Shown here in pieces: positions 1 to 12,868 of a DNA stretch of 64,000 bases. The notes under the pieces were generated by a model. That model was not told where the DNA came from, made no database searches, and was given only the letters and a program-made list of their open reading frames with translations. A program made the translations under genes and the position numbers. The stretch is from Escherichia coli (GTDB lineage Bacteria; Pseudomonadota; Gammaproteobacteria; Enterobacterales; Enterobacteriaceae), in NCBI RefSeq assembly GCF_003334335.1, contig NZ_QOWQ01000008.1. One strand, written 5' to 3'. The first letter of the stretch is position 1. Each line of letters begins with the position of its first letter.

Positions 1-751
1 GCGTCAGCGGCGTGCGCAAGTCGTGACTTACCCCCGCCATCAGCAGCGTGCGGTCATCCGCCAGTTGCTTAACACCAGCCGCCATATGGTTAAAGGCACG
101 GGTAACGGAACGCACCTCCGAAGCGCCATACTCACGCAGCGGCGGCGGAATAATCCCTTTACCAACCTGCAAGGCTGCGTGTTCGAGATCGACCAACGGT
201 CGGTTCTGGATACGAATAAACAGCCACGCCCCGCCTATCGCCAATAGCATAATCGCCAGCGTATAGCGGAACAGCGGAGAGAAATCGCCCTGATGAATTT
301 CGGTCAGCGGCACGCGTACCCAGATATTGGGCGACAGCCAGGTTTTCAGCCAGACGACAGGCGAACTTTTGTTGACCTCAACGCGCACTTCCGTCGGGCC
401 GCCCAGTTGCTGCGCCATCTGATGGCTTAAGAATTCATAGTGTTGCGCCCAACGCAGACCTGCCTCTTCGGCAGCCTCGTTGGAGTAGAGAGAGATCCCC
501 AGCTCACGGTAGATCTCCCGACGGAAAGCGGGAGGCACAACCAACTGCGTGCCGTCCTCCAGTTGCAGTTTGTCGGTCATCAACATACGCACTTCGTACG
601 CGAGGACTTTATTAAACTGCTGGAGGCTCGGCAAAATCGCGAAGTTCAGCACCACCAGATAAGTCGTCACCAGGCTGGCGAACAGCAAGGTGACGATGAG
701 CAATAACGTACGGGCAAATGAACTTCGTGGCGAGAAGCGCAATCGCCTCAT
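1..751 (-). CDS. envZ: Osmosensor histidine kinase EnvZ, N-terminal ~250 codons only; gene continues beyond the window start
   Basis: Reverse-complement translation from 751 reads MRRLRFSPRSSFARTLLLIVTLLFASLVTT..., the EnvZ N-terminus. Its ATG overlaps the ompR stop (ATGA). Absent from the ORF track because no stop lies inside the window. Confidence 0.9.
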   Translation of the reverse strand, partial: MRRLRFSPRSSFARTLLLIVTLLFASLVTTYLVVLNFAILPSLQQFNKVLAYEVRMLMTDKLQLEDGTQLVVPPAFRREIYRELGISLYSNEAAEEAGLRWAQHYEFLSHQMAQQLGGPTEVRVEVNKSSPVVWLKTWLSPNIWVRVPLTEIHQGDFSPLFRYTLAIMLLAIGGAWLFIRIQNRPLVDLEHAALQVGKGIIPPPLREYGASEVRSVTRAFNHMAAGVKQLADDRTLLMAGVSHDLRTPLT

Positions 752-1467
752 GCTTTAGAGCCGTCCGGTACAAAGACGTAGCCCAGACCCCAGACGGTCT
801 GAATGTAACGCGGATGCGCTGGATCTTCTTCCACCATGCGGCGCAGACGCGAAATCTGCACGTCGATGGAGCGTTCCATTGCGGAATATTCACGACCACG
901 GGCAAGGTTCATCAGCTTATCGCGGGAGAGCGGCTCACGCGGATGGCTGACCAGTGCCTTCAGTACCGCAAACTCACCGCTGGTGAGCGGCATCGGCTCG
1001 TCTTCGCGGAACATTTCGCGCGTACCGAGGTTAAGTTTGAACTTACCGAAAGCAATTACCGCCTCTTCCTGTGACGGTGCGCCTGGCAGTTCGTTCGCCT
1101 GACGACGCAGCACCGCACGGATACGGGCCAGCAGTTCACGCGGGTTAAACGGTTTTGGAATGTAGTCGTCAGCGCCAATCTCCAGGCCTACGATACGGTC
1201 CACTTCTTCCCCTTTCGCCGTCACCATAATGATCGGCATCGGGTTGCTCTGACTACGAAGACGTCGGCAAATCGACAAGCCATCTTCACCAGGTAACATT
1301 AAATCCAGTACCATAAGATGGAAAGATTCACGAGTCAGCAGGCGATCCATCTGTTCTGCATTAGCGACGCTTCGAACCTGGAAGCCTTGTTCGGTGAGAT
1401 AACGTTCCAGCAGCGCACGCAGGCGCATGTCGTCATCGACCACCAGAATCTTGTAGTTCTCTTGCAT
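748..1467 (-). CDS. ompR: Response regulator OmpR
   Basis: ORF 748..1482; translation contains MQENYKILVVDDD...GYVFVPDGSKA. Start set at the internal ATG at 1467 (rc of cat 1465-1467). Confidence 0.95.
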   Translation of the reverse strand: MQENYKILVVDDDMRLRALLERYLTEQGFQVRSVANAEQMDRLLTRESFHLMVLDLMLPGEDGLSICRRLRSQSNPMPIIMVTAKGEEVDRIVGLEIGADDYIPKPFNPRELLARIRAVLRRQANELPGAPSQEEAVIAFGKFKLNLGTREMFREDEPMPLTSGEFAVLKALVSHPREPLSRDKLMNLARGREYSAMERSIDVQISRLRRMVEEDPAHPRYIQTVWGLGYVFVPDGSKA

Positions 1468-1694
1468 TGTTTGTACTCCCAAAGGTTCGCAACAATTTGT
1501 AAGCGTGTATTCTTAAAAAAGCTCACGTTCGTCACCAGCTAAATCTGGTATGAATTTCAGCCTAAATTGTTACAAAGCATATTAAACAGCAGCTTAAGTA
1601 TACAATTTATTCGGCGAAACATTATTGATTCTGTTGATATGATCACGTTATACCCAATGTGCGCATTATCAAACAGACAAAGGGAATCAACGAG

Positions 1695-2171
1695 ATGAAA
1701 ACGCCCCTGGTTACCCGGGAAGGGTATGAAAAACTCAAACAAGAGCTTAATTATCTCTGGCGTGAAGAACGCCCGGAGGTCACAAAAAAGGTGACCTGGG
1801 CCGCAAGTCTGGGCGACCGCAGCGAAAATGCTGACTATCAGTATAATAAAAAGCGTCTGCGTGAAATCGACCGTCGCGTGCGCTATCTCACTAAATGCCT
1901 GGAAAATCTCAAAATCGTCGATTACTCCCCTCAGCAGGAAGGCAAAGTCTTTTTTGGCGCGTGGGTGGAGATTGAAAACGACGATGGCGTGACTCACCGT
2001 TTCCGTATTGTCGGCTACGATGAAATTTTTGGCCGTAAAGATTACATCTCTATCGATTCCCCGATGGCCCGCGCATTGCTGAAAAAAGAAGTCGGCGATC
2101 TGGCGGTGGTGAATACCCCTGCCGGGGAAGCGAGCTGGTATGTTAATGCTATCGAGTACGTGAAACCGTAA
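1695..2171 (+). CDS. greB: Transcript cleavage factor GreB
   Basis: ORF 1659..2171; protein from MKTPLVTREGYEKLKQEL... Start set at ATG 1695. Confidence 0.93.
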   Translation: MKTPLVTREGYEKLKQELNYLWREERPEVTKKVTWAASLGDRSENADYQYNKKRLREIDRRVRYLTKCLENLKIVDYSPQQEGKVFFGAWVEIENDDGVTHRFRIVGYDEIFGRKDYISIDSPMARALLKKEVGDLAVVNTPAGEASWYVNAIEYVKP

Positions 2172-2267
2172 GGAAGAGTCTTAACCTCCTGCCGATGGCT
2201 GGCATTTTTGCCAGCCAGTCCGTATAACTATCCCCTGATTTTTGATCCGAAAAGATGAACTCAAACC

Positions 2268-4589
2268 ATGATGAATGATTCGTTCTGCCGCATTATTGCG
2301 GGTGAAATTCAGGCGCGCCCGGAACAGGTTGACGCTGCCGTTCGCCTGCTTGACGAAGGGAATACCGTGCCGTTTATCGCACGTTATCGTAAGGAAATCA
2401 CCGGCGGTCTGGATGACACGCAGCTGCGTAATCTGGAAACGCGTCTGAGCTATCTGCGCGAGCTGGAAGAGAGACGTCAGGCGATCCTCAAGTCCATTTC
2501 CGAGCAAGGCAAACTCACCGATGATCTGGCGAAGGCCATCAACGCCACCCTAAGCAAAACCGAACTCGAAGACCTCTACCTGCCCTACAAACCTAAACGC
2601 CGCACCCGCGGGCAAATCGCCATTGAAGCAGGGCTTGAGCCGTTGGCTGACCTGCTGTGGAGCGATCCGTCACACACGCCAGAAGTCGCCGCTGCACAAT
2701 ATGTTGATGCCGATAAAGGCGTGGCAGATACCAAAGCCGCGCTGGATGGCGCGCGCTATATCCTGATGGAACGGTTTGCCGAAGATGCCGCGCTGCTGGC
2801 GAAAGTGCGTGATTATCTGTGGAAGAACGCGCATTTGGTTTCTACGGTGGTGAGCGGTAAAGAAGAGGAAGGGGCGAAATTCCGCGACTATTTCGATCAT
2901 CACGAACCGTTGTCCACGGTGCCTTCTCACCGCGCGCTGGCGATGTTCCGTGGGCGTAACGAAGGCGTACTTCAGCTTTCGCTGAATGCCGATCCACAGT
3001 TCGATGAGCCGCCCAAAGAGAGCTATTGCGAGCAAATCATCATGGATCACCTTGGCCTGCGCCTGAACAATGCCCCGGCGGATAGCTGGCGCAAAGGCGT
3101 GGTGAGCTGGACGTGGCGCATCAAGGTGCTGATGCATCTGGAAACCGAACTGATGGGCACCGTGCGCGAACGTGCGGAAGATGAAGCAATCAACGTCTTT
3201 GCCCGTAACCTGCACGATCTGCTGATGGCGGCCCCTGCCGGACTGCGTGCAACGATGGGCCTCGATCCGGGTCTGCGTACTGGGGTAAAAGTGGCGGTGG
3301 TCGATGCCACTGGCAAACTGGTGGCGACCGACACCATTTACCCGCACACCGGACAGGCCGCAAAAGCAGCGATGACCGTTGCTGCGCTGTGTGAAAAACA
3401 TAACGTTGAACTGGTAGCGATCGGTAACGGTACAGCTTCCCGCGAAACTGAGCGTTTCTATCTCGATGTGCAGAAGCAGTTCCCGAAAGTGACCGCGCAG
3501 AAAGTAATCGTCAGCGAAGCAGGCGCGTCGGTTTACTCGGCTTCCGAGCTGGCTGCACAGGAGTTCCCGGATCTCGACGTTTCGCTGCGTGGCGCGGTGT
3601 CTATCGCCCGCCGTTTGCAGGATCCGCTGGCGGAGCTGGTGAAAATCGATCCGAAATCTATCGGCGTAGGTCAGTATCAGCATGACGTCAGCCAGACGCA
3701 ACTGGCCCGCAAACTGGACGCAGTAGTAGAAGACTGCGTAAACGCCGTTGGCGTCGATCTCAACACTGCTTCTGTTCCGCTGTTAACCCGCGTGGCGGGC
3801 CTGACGCGCATGATGGCGCAAAACATCGTTGCCTGGCGCGATGAGAACGGTCAGTTCCAGAACCGTCAGCAACTGTTAAAAGTGAGCCGTCTGGGGCCGA
3901 AAGCCTTCGAGCAGTGCGCGGGCTTCTTGCGCATTAACCACGGTGATAACCCGCTGGACGCGTCTACCGTTCACCCGGAAGCCTATCCGGTGGTGGAACG
4001 CATTCTGGCAGCAACACAGCAGGCACTGAAAGATCTGATGGGTAACAGCAGCGAACTGCGTAACCTGAAAGCGTCTGACTTTACTGATGAGAAATTCGGT
4101 GTGCCGACGGTAACCGACATCATCAAAGAGCTGGAAAAACCGGGTCGCGATCCGCGTCCGGAATTTAAAACCGCTCAGTTTGCCGATGGCGTCGAGACAA
4201 TGAACGACCTGCAACCGGGTATGATCCTCGAAGGCGCAGTGACCAACGTCACCAACTTTGGCGCGTTTGTCGATATTGGCGTGCATCAGGACGGCCTGGT
4301 TCACATCTCTTCATTGTCGAACAAGTTTGTGGAAGATCCGCATACCGTGGTGAAAGCGGGCGACATTGTGAAGGTGAAAGTGCTGGAAGTGGATCTTCAG
4401 CGTAAACGTATCGCCCTGACTATGCGCCTGGATGAGCAGCCTGGCGAAACCAACGCTCGTCGCGGCGGCGGTAATGAACGCCCGCAAAACAACCGCCCGG
4501 CAGCCAAACCACGCGGTCGTGAAGCGCAGCCTGCCGGTAATAGCGCGATGATGGATGCGCTGGCGGCGGCAATGGGCAAAAAACGTTAA
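2268..4589 (+). CDS. yhgF: Tex-like protein YhgF (S1 domain at C-terminus)
   Basis: 773-aa ORF starting [21 protein letters not shown]; C-terminal S1-like segment [31 protein letters not shown]. Confidence 0.93.
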   Translation: MMNDSFCRIIAGEIQARPEQVDAAVRLLDEGNTVPFIARYRKEITGGLDDTQLRNLETRLSYLRELEERRQAILKSISEQGKLTDDLAKAINATLSKTELEDLYLPYKPKRRTRGQIAIEAGLEPLADLLWSDPSHTPEVAAAQYVDADKGVADTKAALDGARYILMERFAEDAALLAKVRDYLWKNAHLVSTVVSGKEEEGAKFRDYFDHHEPLSTVPSHRALAMFRGRNEGVLQLSLNADPQFDEPPKESYCEQIIMDHLGLRLNNAPADSWRKGVVSWTWRIKVLMHLETELMGTVRERAEDEAINVFARNLHDLLMAAPAGLRATMGLDPGLRTGVKVAVVDATGKLVATDTIYPHTGQAAKAAMTVAALCEKHNVELVAIGNGTASRETERFYLDVQKQFPKVTAQKVIVSEAGASVYSASELAAQEFPDLDVSLRGAVSIARRLQDPLAELVKIDPKSIGVGQYQHDVSQTQLARKLDAVVEDCVNAVGVDLNTASVPLLTRVAGLTRMMAQNIVAWRDENGQFQNRQQLLKVSRLGPKAFEQCAGFLRINHGDNPLDASTVHPEAYPVVERILAATQQALKDLMGNSSELRNLKASDFTDEKFGVPTVTDIIKELEKPGRDPRPEFKTAQFADGVETMNDLQPGMILEGAVTNVTNFGAFVDIGVHQDGLVHISSLSNKFVEDPHTVVKAGDIVKVKVLEVDLQRKRIALTMRLDEQPGETNARRGGGNERPQNNRPAAKPRGREAQPAGNSAMMDALAAAMGKKR

Positions 4590-4627
4590 ACGCCCGTACT
4601 GGCCTACGGTTCGAATTTGCACGAAAT

Positions 4628-4672
4628 CGTAGGGCAGATAAGGCGTTCACGCCGCATCTGGCAACGAACGCC
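4628..4672. repeat. REP-like palindromic element downstream of yhgF
   Basis: tagggcagataaggcgttcacgccgcatctggca resembles the REP consensus by eye. Confidence 0.45.
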
Positions 4673-4690
4673 TTGCCTGACATAAAAGTG

Positions 4691-4718
4691 CCGGAGAATA
4701 TCTCCGGCATTTTTATTC
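4691..4718 (+). terminator. Probable intrinsic terminator after yhgF
   Basis: Perfect hairpin ccggaga-ata-tctccgg followed by catttttatt. Confidence 0.6.
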
Positions 4719-4910
4719 CACAGCCAAACTCATAATATATTCCGGCAATATTTATCATTTCATTAACAACTGAAACCTTAATTAAACATTAGCCAGTCCG
4801 GGTAATTCACTATTCGAATTATATTTTCGCTGCGATATAACCTTGAGCCACATCAACATTGAGTCAGATTATTATTCAAACCAACATTCGCACACATTTT
4901 AAGTATTGCT

Positions 4911-4936
4911 GATAGAAACCATTCTCATTATCATTG
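4911..4936 (+). promoter_or_regulatory. Fur-box-like sequence in the feoA upstream region
   Basis: gatagaaaccattctcattatcattg resembles the GATAATGATAATCATTATC Fur consensus; feoABC is a Fur-repressed operon. Confidence 0.5.
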
Positions 4937-5045
4937 TGTTGTTGATTATTTAATCTCTCCTTTGTTGGCAAATCATCTGGTCTCATGTCGCTGTCAAACG
5001 CCCCATGAGGTAGTTATCCAGTTAATGAGAAACAAGTAGGCACCT

Positions 5046-5273
5046 ATGCAATACACTCCAGATACTGCGTGGAAAATCACTGGCTTTTCCCGTGAAATCA
5101 GCCCGGCATATCGCCAAAAACTGCTTTCTCTTGGCATGTTACCTGGCTCCTCTTTTAATGTGGTGCGCGTCGCTCCACTCGGCGACCCCATTCATATCGA
5201 AACCCGTCGTGTGAGCCTGGTATTACGCAAAAAAGATCTGGCCTTATTAGAAGTGGAAGCGGTTTCCTGTTAA
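5046..5273 (+). CDS. feoA: Ferrous iron transport protein A
   Basis: 75-aa [40 protein letters not shown]... Confidence 0.95.
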   Translation: MQYTPDTAWKITGFSREISPAYRQKLLSLGMLPGSSFNVVRVAPLGDPIHIETRRVSLVLRKKDLALLEVEAVSC

Positions 5274-5289
5274 TACGGTGATAACAACA

Positions 5290-7611
5290 ATGAAAAAATT
5301 AACCATTGGCTTAATTGGTAATCCAAATTCTGGCAAGACAACGTTATTTAACCAGCTCACTGGCTCACGTCAGCGTGTAGGTAACTGGGCTGGCGTTACC
5401 GTCGAACGTAAAGAAGGGCAATTCTCCACCACCGATCATCAGGTCACGCTGGTGGACCTGCCCGGCACCTATTCTCTGACCACCATCTCATCGCAGACCT
5501 CGCTCGATGAGCAAATCGCCTGTCACTACATTTTGAGTGGCGACGCCGACCTGCTGATTAACGTGGTGGATGCGTCTAACCTTGAGCGTAACCTGTACCT
5601 GACGCTACAACTGCTGGAACTCGGCATTCCCTGCATTGTGGCACTGAACATGCTCGACATTGCCGAGAAGCAAAATATTCGTATTGAAATTGATGCTCTG
5701 TCGGCGCGTCTGGGCTGTCCGGTGATCCCGCTGGTTTCAACCCGTGGTCGCGGTATTGAAGCGCTCAAGCTGGCGATTGATCGCTATAAAGCTAACGAGA
5801 ATGTGGAACTGGTGCATTACGCACAGCCGCTGCTCAACGAAGCAGATTCACTGGCAAAAGTGATGCCTTCCGACATCCCGCTGAAACAACGTCGCTGGCT
5901 GGGCCTGCAAATGCTGGAAGGCGATATCTACAGCCGCGCCTACGCCGGTGAAGCGTCGCAGCATCTGGATGCCGCCCTCGCCCGTCTGCGTAATGAGATG
6001 GACGATCCGGCGCTGCACATTGCCGATGCGCGTTACCAGTGCATTGCTGCCATCTGTGATGTGGTAAGCAACACCCTGACGGCAGAACCCAGCCGTTTCA
6101 CCACTGCGGTAGATAAAATCGTGCTCAACCGTTTCCTCGGTCTGCCGATTTTCCTCTTTGTGATGTACCTGATGTTCCTGCTGGCTATCAACATCGGCGG
6201 GGCGTTACAGCCGCTGTTTGACGTCGGCTCCGTGGCGCTATTTGTGCATGGTATTCAATGGATTGGCTACACGCTCCACTTCCCGGACTGGCTGACTATC
6301 TTCCTCGCCCAGGGCCTGGGTGGCGGCATTAACACCGTGCTGCCACTGGTGCCGCAGATTGGCATGATGTACCTGTTCCTCTCCTTCCTTGAGGACTCCG
6401 GGTATATGGCGCGTGCGGCGTTTGTGATGGACCGTCTGATGCAGGCGCTGGGCTTGCCGGGGAAATCCTTTGTGCCGCTGATCGTCGGTTTCGGTTGTAA
6501 CGTACCGTCGGTAATGGGTGCACGTACGCTTGATGCACCGCGTGAACGTCTGATGACCATCATGATGGCACCGTTTATGTCCTGCGGCGCGCGTCTGGCT
6601 ATCTTCGCAGTATTCGCGGCTGCCTTCTTCGGGCAGAACGGTGCGCTGGCGGTCTTCTCGCTGTATATGCTGGGTATTGTGATGGCGGTGCTGACTGGCC
6701 TGATGCTCAAGTACACCATCATGCGCGGTGAAGCGACGCCGTTTGTCATGGAGTTGCCGGTCTATCATGTACCACACGTTAAAAGCCTGATTATCCAGAC
6801 CTGGCAGCGTCTGAAAGGCTTCGTTCTGCGTGCTGGTAAAGTGATCATCATCGTCAGCATTTTCCTGAGCGCTTTCAACAGCTTCTCGCTGAGCGGGAAA
6901 ATCGTCGATAACATCAACGACTCGGCGCTGGCGTCCGTCAGCCGGGTGATCACCCCGGTCTTCAAGCCAATTGGCGTGCATGAAGATAACTGGCAGGCAA
7001 CGGTTGGCCTGTTTACAGGTGCCATGGCGAAAGAAGTGGTAGTGGGTACGCTCAACACCCTCTACACCGCAGAAAATATTCAGGACGAAGAGTTCAATCC
7101 GGCAGAATTTAACCTCGGTGAAGAGCTGTTCAGTGCGATAGATGAAACCTGGCAGAGCCTGAAAGACACCTTCAGCCTTAGCGTACTGATGAACCCCATT
7201 GAAGCCAGCAAAGGCGACGGCGAAATGGGTACCGGGGCGATGGGCGTGATGGATCAGAAATTCGGTAGCGCAGCAGCAGCTTACAGCTACCTGATTTTCG
7301 TCCTGCTGTATGTACCATGTATCTCGGTGATGGGGGCTATCGCCCGTGAATCAAGCCGTGGCTGGATGGGCTTCTCCATCCTGTGGGGGCTGAATATCGC
7401 TTACTCACTGGCAACATTGTTCTATCAGGTCGCCAGCTACAGTCAGCATCCAACTTACAGCCTGGTGTGCATTCTGGCGGTTATCCTGTTTAACATCGTG
7501 GTTATCGGTCTGCTGCGCCGCGCGCGTAGCCGGGTGGATATCGAACTGCTGGCAACCCGCAAGTCGGTAAGCAGTTGCTGCGCAGCCAGCACCACCGGTG
7601 ATTGCCATTAA
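5290..7611 (+). CDS. feoB: Ferrous iron transporter B (GTPase domain plus membrane permease)
   Basis: ORF 5278..7611; start set at ATG 5290 ([23 protein letters not shown]1 GTPase motif); long hydrophobic C-terminal part. Confidence 0.95.
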   Translation: MKKLTIGLIGNPNSGKTTLFNQLTGSRQRVGNWAGVTVERKEGQFSTTDHQVTLVDLPGTYSLTTISSQTSLDEQIACHYILSGDADLLINVVDASNLERNLYLTLQLLELGIPCIVALNMLDIAEKQNIRIEIDALSARLGCPVIPLVSTRGRGIEALKLAIDRYKANENVELVHYAQPLLNEADSLAKVMPSDIPLKQRRWLGLQMLEGDIYSRAYAGEASQHLDAALARLRNEMDDPALHIADARYQCIAAICDVVSNTLTAEPSRFTTAVDKIVLNRFLGLPIFLFVMYLMFLLAINIGGALQPLFDVGSVALFVHGIQWIGYTLHFPDWLTIFLAQGLGGGINTVLPLVPQIGMMYLFLSFLEDSGYMARAAFVMDRLMQALGLPGKSFVPLIVGFGCNVPSVMGARTLDAPRERLMTIMMAPFMSCGARLAIFAVFAAAFFGQNGALAVFSLYMLGIVMAVLTGLMLKYTIMRGEATPFVMELPVYHVPHVKSLIIQTWQRLKGFVLRAGKVIIIVSIFLSAFNSFSLSGKIVDNINDSALASVSRVITPVFKPIGVHEDNWQATVGLFTGAMAKEVVVGTLNTLYTAENIQDEEFNPAEFNLGEELFSAIDETWQSLKDTFSLSVLMNPIEASKGDGEMGTGAMGVMDQKFGSAAAAYSYLIFVLLYVPCISVMGAIARESSRGWMGFSILWGLNIAYSLATLFYQVASYSQHPTYSLVCILAVILFNIVVIGLLRRARSRVDIELLATRKSVSSCCAASTTGDCH

Positions 7612-7847
7612 TGGCTTCACTTATTCAGGTGCGCGATTTGCTGGCGTTACGGGGCCGTATGGAAGCGCCCCAGATAAGCCAGACATTGAACACTCCACAG
7701 CCAATGATTAACGCCATGCTGCAACAACTGGAAAGTATGGGCAAAGCCGTGCGGATTCAGGAAGAACCTGACGGCTGCCTCTCTGGCAGTTGTAAAAGCT
7801 GCCCGGAAGGAAAAGCCTGTCTGCGCGAGTGGTGGGCGCTGCGTTAA
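7611..7847 (+). CDS. feoC: FeoC, small winged-helix protein with a Cys cluster
   Basis: ORF 7602..7847 (TTG); start set at ATG 7611 ([19 protein letters not shown]...). The ATG shares one base with the feoB TAA (TAATG). Cys-rich tail [15 protein letters not shown]. Confidence 0.9.
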   Translation: MASLIQVRDLLALRGRMEAPQISQTLNTPQPMINAMLQQLESMGKAVRIQEEPDGCLSGSCKSCPEGKACLREWWALR

Positions 7848-7871
7848 CCTTACTCCATCGCCTGTTTTGGA

Positions 7872-7905
7872 AAGCCCGGTATGCGTCTGCATCCGGGCTT
7901 TTTTG
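7872..7905 (+). terminator. Probable intrinsic terminator of feoABC
   Basis: aagcccgg...ccgggctt hairpin followed by a T tract (ttttttg). Confidence 0.6.
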
Positions 7906-8049
7906 CGTGCGGCTTTCCATAAAAATGCAACTCTTGCAGCACGGCGTAAGTTCCTTTGAAAGCATCTCGCAGGGATGAAAACTCGCTAATACACAGGTGT
8001 GGAGTGGCGCGTAGAGTCGCGGCATTCAAACAACAGGTGAAGGAACGCC

Positions 8050-8928
8050 ATGAGCAAAAAGCAGAGTTCCACCCCACACGATGCGCTGTTCAAACTCTTT
8101 TTACGCCAACCGGACACGGCTCGTGATTTTCTTGCGTTTCATTTACCGGCACCCATTCACGCGCTTTGTGATATGAAAACCCTCAAGCTGGAGTCGAGCA
8201 GCTTTATTGATGACGATCTGCGTGAAAGCTATTCCGATGTGCTGTGGTCGGTGAAAACGGAACAAGGACCAGGATACATCTATTGTCTGATTGAACATCA
8301 AAGCACCTCAAACAAACTGATCGCATTTCGCATGATGCGTTACGCTATTGCCGCAATGCAAAATCACCTTGATGCTGGATACAAAACGTTGCCGATGGTG
8401 GTGCCATTGTTGTTTTACCACGGTATTGAAAGCCCCTATCCCTATTCGCTGTGTTGGCTGGATTGTTTCGCCGATCCCAAACTGGCAAGGCAGCTTTATG
8501 CCTCCGCATTTCCGCTGATTGATGTCACCGTCATGCCTGATGATGAAATCATGCAGCACCGACGTATGGCGCTGCTGGAGTTAATTCAAAAACATATTCG
8601 TCAACGCGACCTGATGGGGCTGGTAGAGCAAATGGCCTGCTTATTAAGTAGTGGATACGCTAATGACAGACAAATCAAAGGGCTGTTTAATTACATACTG
8701 CAAACTGGCGACGCTGTACGTTTTAACGATTTTATCGACGGCGTTGCCGAACGTTCACCGAAACACAAGGAGAGTTTAATGACTATTGCGGAAAGATTGC
8801 GGCAGGAGGGGGAACAATCCAAAGCCCTGCATATAGCCAAAATAATGCTTGAATCCGGAGTTCCTCTTGCAGACATCATGCGCTTTACCGGGCTGTCAGA
8901 AGAAGAGTTGGCTGCGGCGAGTCAGTAA
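8050..8928 (+). CDS. rpnA: Recombination-promoting nuclease RpnA (YhgA, PD-(D/E)XK transposase_31-like family)
   Basis: 292-aa [39 protein letters not shown]..., recognised as YhgA/RpnA. Confidence 0.9.
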   Translation: MSKKQSSTPHDALFKLFLRQPDTARDFLAFHLPAPIHALCDMKTLKLESSSFIDDDLRESYSDVLWSVKTEQGPGYIYCLIEHQSTSNKLIAFRMMRYAIAAMQNHLDAGYKTLPMVVPLLFYHGIESPYPYSLCWLDCFADPKLARQLYASAFPLIDVTVMPDDEIMQHRRMALLELIQKHIRQRDLMGLVEQMACLLSSGYANDRQIKGLFNYILQTGDAVRFNDFIDGVAERSPKHKESLMTIAERLRQEGEQSKALHIAKIMLESGVPLADIMRFTGLSEEELAAASQ

Positions 8929-8956
8929 AGTTCTGTCTCGCCATTTCAAAAGCCAC

Positions 8957-10448
<1,492 letters not shown>

Positions 10449-10506
10449 AGCCTCGATGATGGGCGTATTATAACCAACTAAAATAGTCAACTATTAGGCC
10501 ATTACT

Positions 10507-11082
10507 ATGATCCGTATTTCCGATGCTGCACAAGCGCACTTTGCCAAACTGCTGGCAAATCAGGAAGAAGGGACACAAATCCGCGTATTTGTGATTAACC
10601 CTGGCACGCCTAACGCTGAATGTGGCGTTTCTTATTGTCCGCCGGACGCTGTGGAAGCCACCGACACAGCCCTGAAATTTGACCTGCTGACCGCGTATGT
10701 TGATGAGTTAAGCGCACCATACCTGGAAGATGCAGAGATCGATTTTGTTACCGACCAGTTGGGTTCCCAGTTAACGCTGAAAGCCCCGAACGCCAAAATG
10801 CGTAAAGTGGCAGACGATGCACCGCTGATGGAGCGCGTGGAGTATATGCTGCAGTCGCAGATCAACCCACAGCTTGCTGGTCACGGTGGTCGCGTTTCGC
10901 TGATGGAAATCACCGAAGACGGTTACGCCATTCTGCAATTTGGCGGCGGCTGTAACGGTTGTTCCATGGTCGATGTGACGCTGAAAGAAGGGATCGAGAA
11001 GCAGCTGCTGAACGAATTCCCGGAGCTGAAAGGTGTGCGCGATCTCACCGAACACCAGCGCGGCGAACACTCCTACTACTAA
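10507..11082 (+). CDS. nfuA: Fe/S cluster carrier protein NfuA
   Basis: 191-aa [49 protein letters not shown]...; C-terminal CxxC (GGGCNGCSM). Confidence 0.95.
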
Positions 11083-11140
<58 letters not shown>

Positions 11141-11265
11141 GTTGAACATGTGCCAGACGTTGGCGCAGCATTGCTTTGTCAAATCCTCGGTTCGTTTCCC
11201 CGCGATAATATGACCAACCTCTCATAATTTAAATTTACCCCGCTCTGGTGATTCTCAAACGCCAG

Positions 11266-11300
11266 ATGTTACCCGTATCATTCACATGGGTACCAAACAT
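11266..11300 (+). promoter_or_regulatory. Putative GntR operator(s) in the gntT promoter region
   Basis: atgttacccgtatcattcacatgggtaccaaacat contains TGTTAC..GTA half-sites like the palindrome seen upstream of gntK. Confidence 0.4.
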
Positions 11301-11441
11301 ACTCCTGACATCTGACTACAATAATTAGTTTTAGTGGGTATCAGTCGTGGTGCCGCAATATCTCTGTTCCCGATTGGGATAATTAGAGTTTGTCGTCAGA
11401 AAATTGACGTTACCCATAACAAATGAAAGGCCAGGTAAATC

Positions 11442-12758
11442 ATGCCATTAGTCATTGTTGCTATCGGTGTAATCTTGTTGTTGCTCCTGATGATCCGCTT
11501 CAAAATGAACGGCTTCATCGCTCTCGTCCTCGTGGCGCTTGCTGTTGGATTAATGCAAGGAATGCCGCTGGATAAAGTTATTGGCTCCATCAAAGCCGGT
11601 GTCGGCGGGACGCTCGGTAGCCTTGCCCTGATCATGGGTTTTGGCGCAATGCTGGGCAAAATGCTGGCAGACTGCGGTGGCGCACAACGTATCGCCACCA
11701 CGCTGATTGCCAAATTTGGTAAAAAACACATCCAGTGGGCGGTGGTACTGACCGGTTTTACCGTTGGTTTTGCCCTGTTCTATGAAGTGGGCTTTGTGCT
11801 GATGCTGCCGCTGGTGTTTACCATCGCGGCTTCTGCGAATATTCCACTGCTGTATGTTGGTGTACCAATGGCGGCTGCACTGTCTGTGACCCACGGCTTC
11901 CTGCCACCGCATCCGGGTCCGACTGCGATTGCCACCATTTTCAATGCCGATATGGGTAAAACCCTGCTGTACGGTACTATTCTGGCAATCCCGACCGTGA
12001 TTCTCGCCGGTCCGGTTTACGCTCGCGTGTTGAAAGGTATCGATAAGCCAATTCCGGAAGGTCTCTACAGCGCGAAAACCTTCAGCGAAGAAGAGATGCC
12101 GAGCTTTGGCGTCAGCGTCTGGACCTCTCTGGTGCCGGTAGTACTGATGGCGATGCGTGCGATTGCCGAAATGATCCTGCCGAAAGGTCACGCTTTCCTG
12201 CCGGTAGCGGAGTTCCTCGGTGACCCGGTAATGGCAACGCTGATTGCCGTGCTGATTGCGATGTTCACCTTTGGTCTAAACCGTGGTCGTTCAATGGATC
12301 AGATTAACGACACGCTGGTTTCTTCCATCAAAATCATTGCGATGATGCTGTTGATCATCGGTGGTGGCGGTGCGTTCAAGCAGGTGCTGGTAGACAGCGG
12401 CGTGGACAAATACATTGCTTCCATGATGCACGAAACCAACATTTCTCCGCTGCTGATGGCCTGGTCGATTGCTGCCGTACTGCGTATCGCGCTGGGTTCC
12501 GCAACCGTTGCGGCAATCACTGCGGGTGGTATCGCGGCACCGCTGATTGCAACGACGGGTGTTAGCCCGGAGCTGATGGTTATTGCGGTTGGTTCCGGTA
12601 GTGTGATTTTCTCTCATGTGAACGATCCGGGCTTCTGGCTGTTCAAAGAGTACTTTAACCTGACTATCGGCGAGACCATCAAATCCTGGTCGATGCTGGA
12701 AACCATTATCTCGGTGTGCGGTCTGGTAGGCTGTCTGCTGCTGAATATGGTGATTTGA
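11442..12758 (+). CDS. gntT: High-affinity gluconate transporter GntT (GntP family)
   Basis: 438-aa ORF MPLVIVAIGVILLLLLMIRFKMNGFIALVLVALAVGLMQGMPLDKVIGSIKAG..., polytopic membrane protein. Confidence 0.95.
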   Translation: MPLVIVAIGVILLLLLMIRFKMNGFIALVLVALAVGLMQGMPLDKVIGSIKAGVGGTLGSLALIMGFGAMLGKMLADCGGAQRIATTLIAKFGKKHIQWAVVLTGFTVGFALFYEVGFVLMLPLVFTIAASANIPLLYVGVPMAAALSVTHGFLPPHPGPTAIATIFNADMGKTLLYGTILAIPTVILAGPVYARVLKGIDKPIPEGLYSAKTFSEEEMPSFGVSVWTSLVPVVLMAMRAIAEMILPKGHAFLPVAEFLGDPVMATLIAVLIAMFTFGLNRGRSMDQINDTLVSSIKIIAMMLLIIGGGGAFKQVLVDSGVDKYIASMMHETNISPLLMAWSIAAVLRIALGSATVAAITAGGIAAPLIATTGVSPELMVIAVGSGSVIFSHVNDPGFWLFKEYFNLTIGETIKSWSMLETIISVCGLVGCLLLNMVI

Positions 12759-12767
12759 TAACACTGA

Positions 12768-12856
12768 CTGCCGGATGCGGCGTGACCGCCTTATCCGGCC
12801 TACGATTCGGGATGAATTAGTAGGCCGGATAAGACGCGTCAAGCATCGCATCCGGC
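12768..12856. repeat. BIME (pair of inverted REP elements) between gntT and malQ
   Basis: gccggatgcggcgtgaccgccttatccggcctac and its inverted partner gtaggccggataagacgcgtcaagcatcgcatccggc. Confidence 0.8.
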
Positions 12857-12868
12857 ATCAACCGCACT

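Noticed and set aside
2670-3701. 343-aa minus-strand ORF
   Set aside because: Antisense to yhgF (tex); shadow ORF.
6238-6981. 247-aa and 160-aa minus-strand ORFs
   Set aside because: Antisense to feoB; shadow ORFs.
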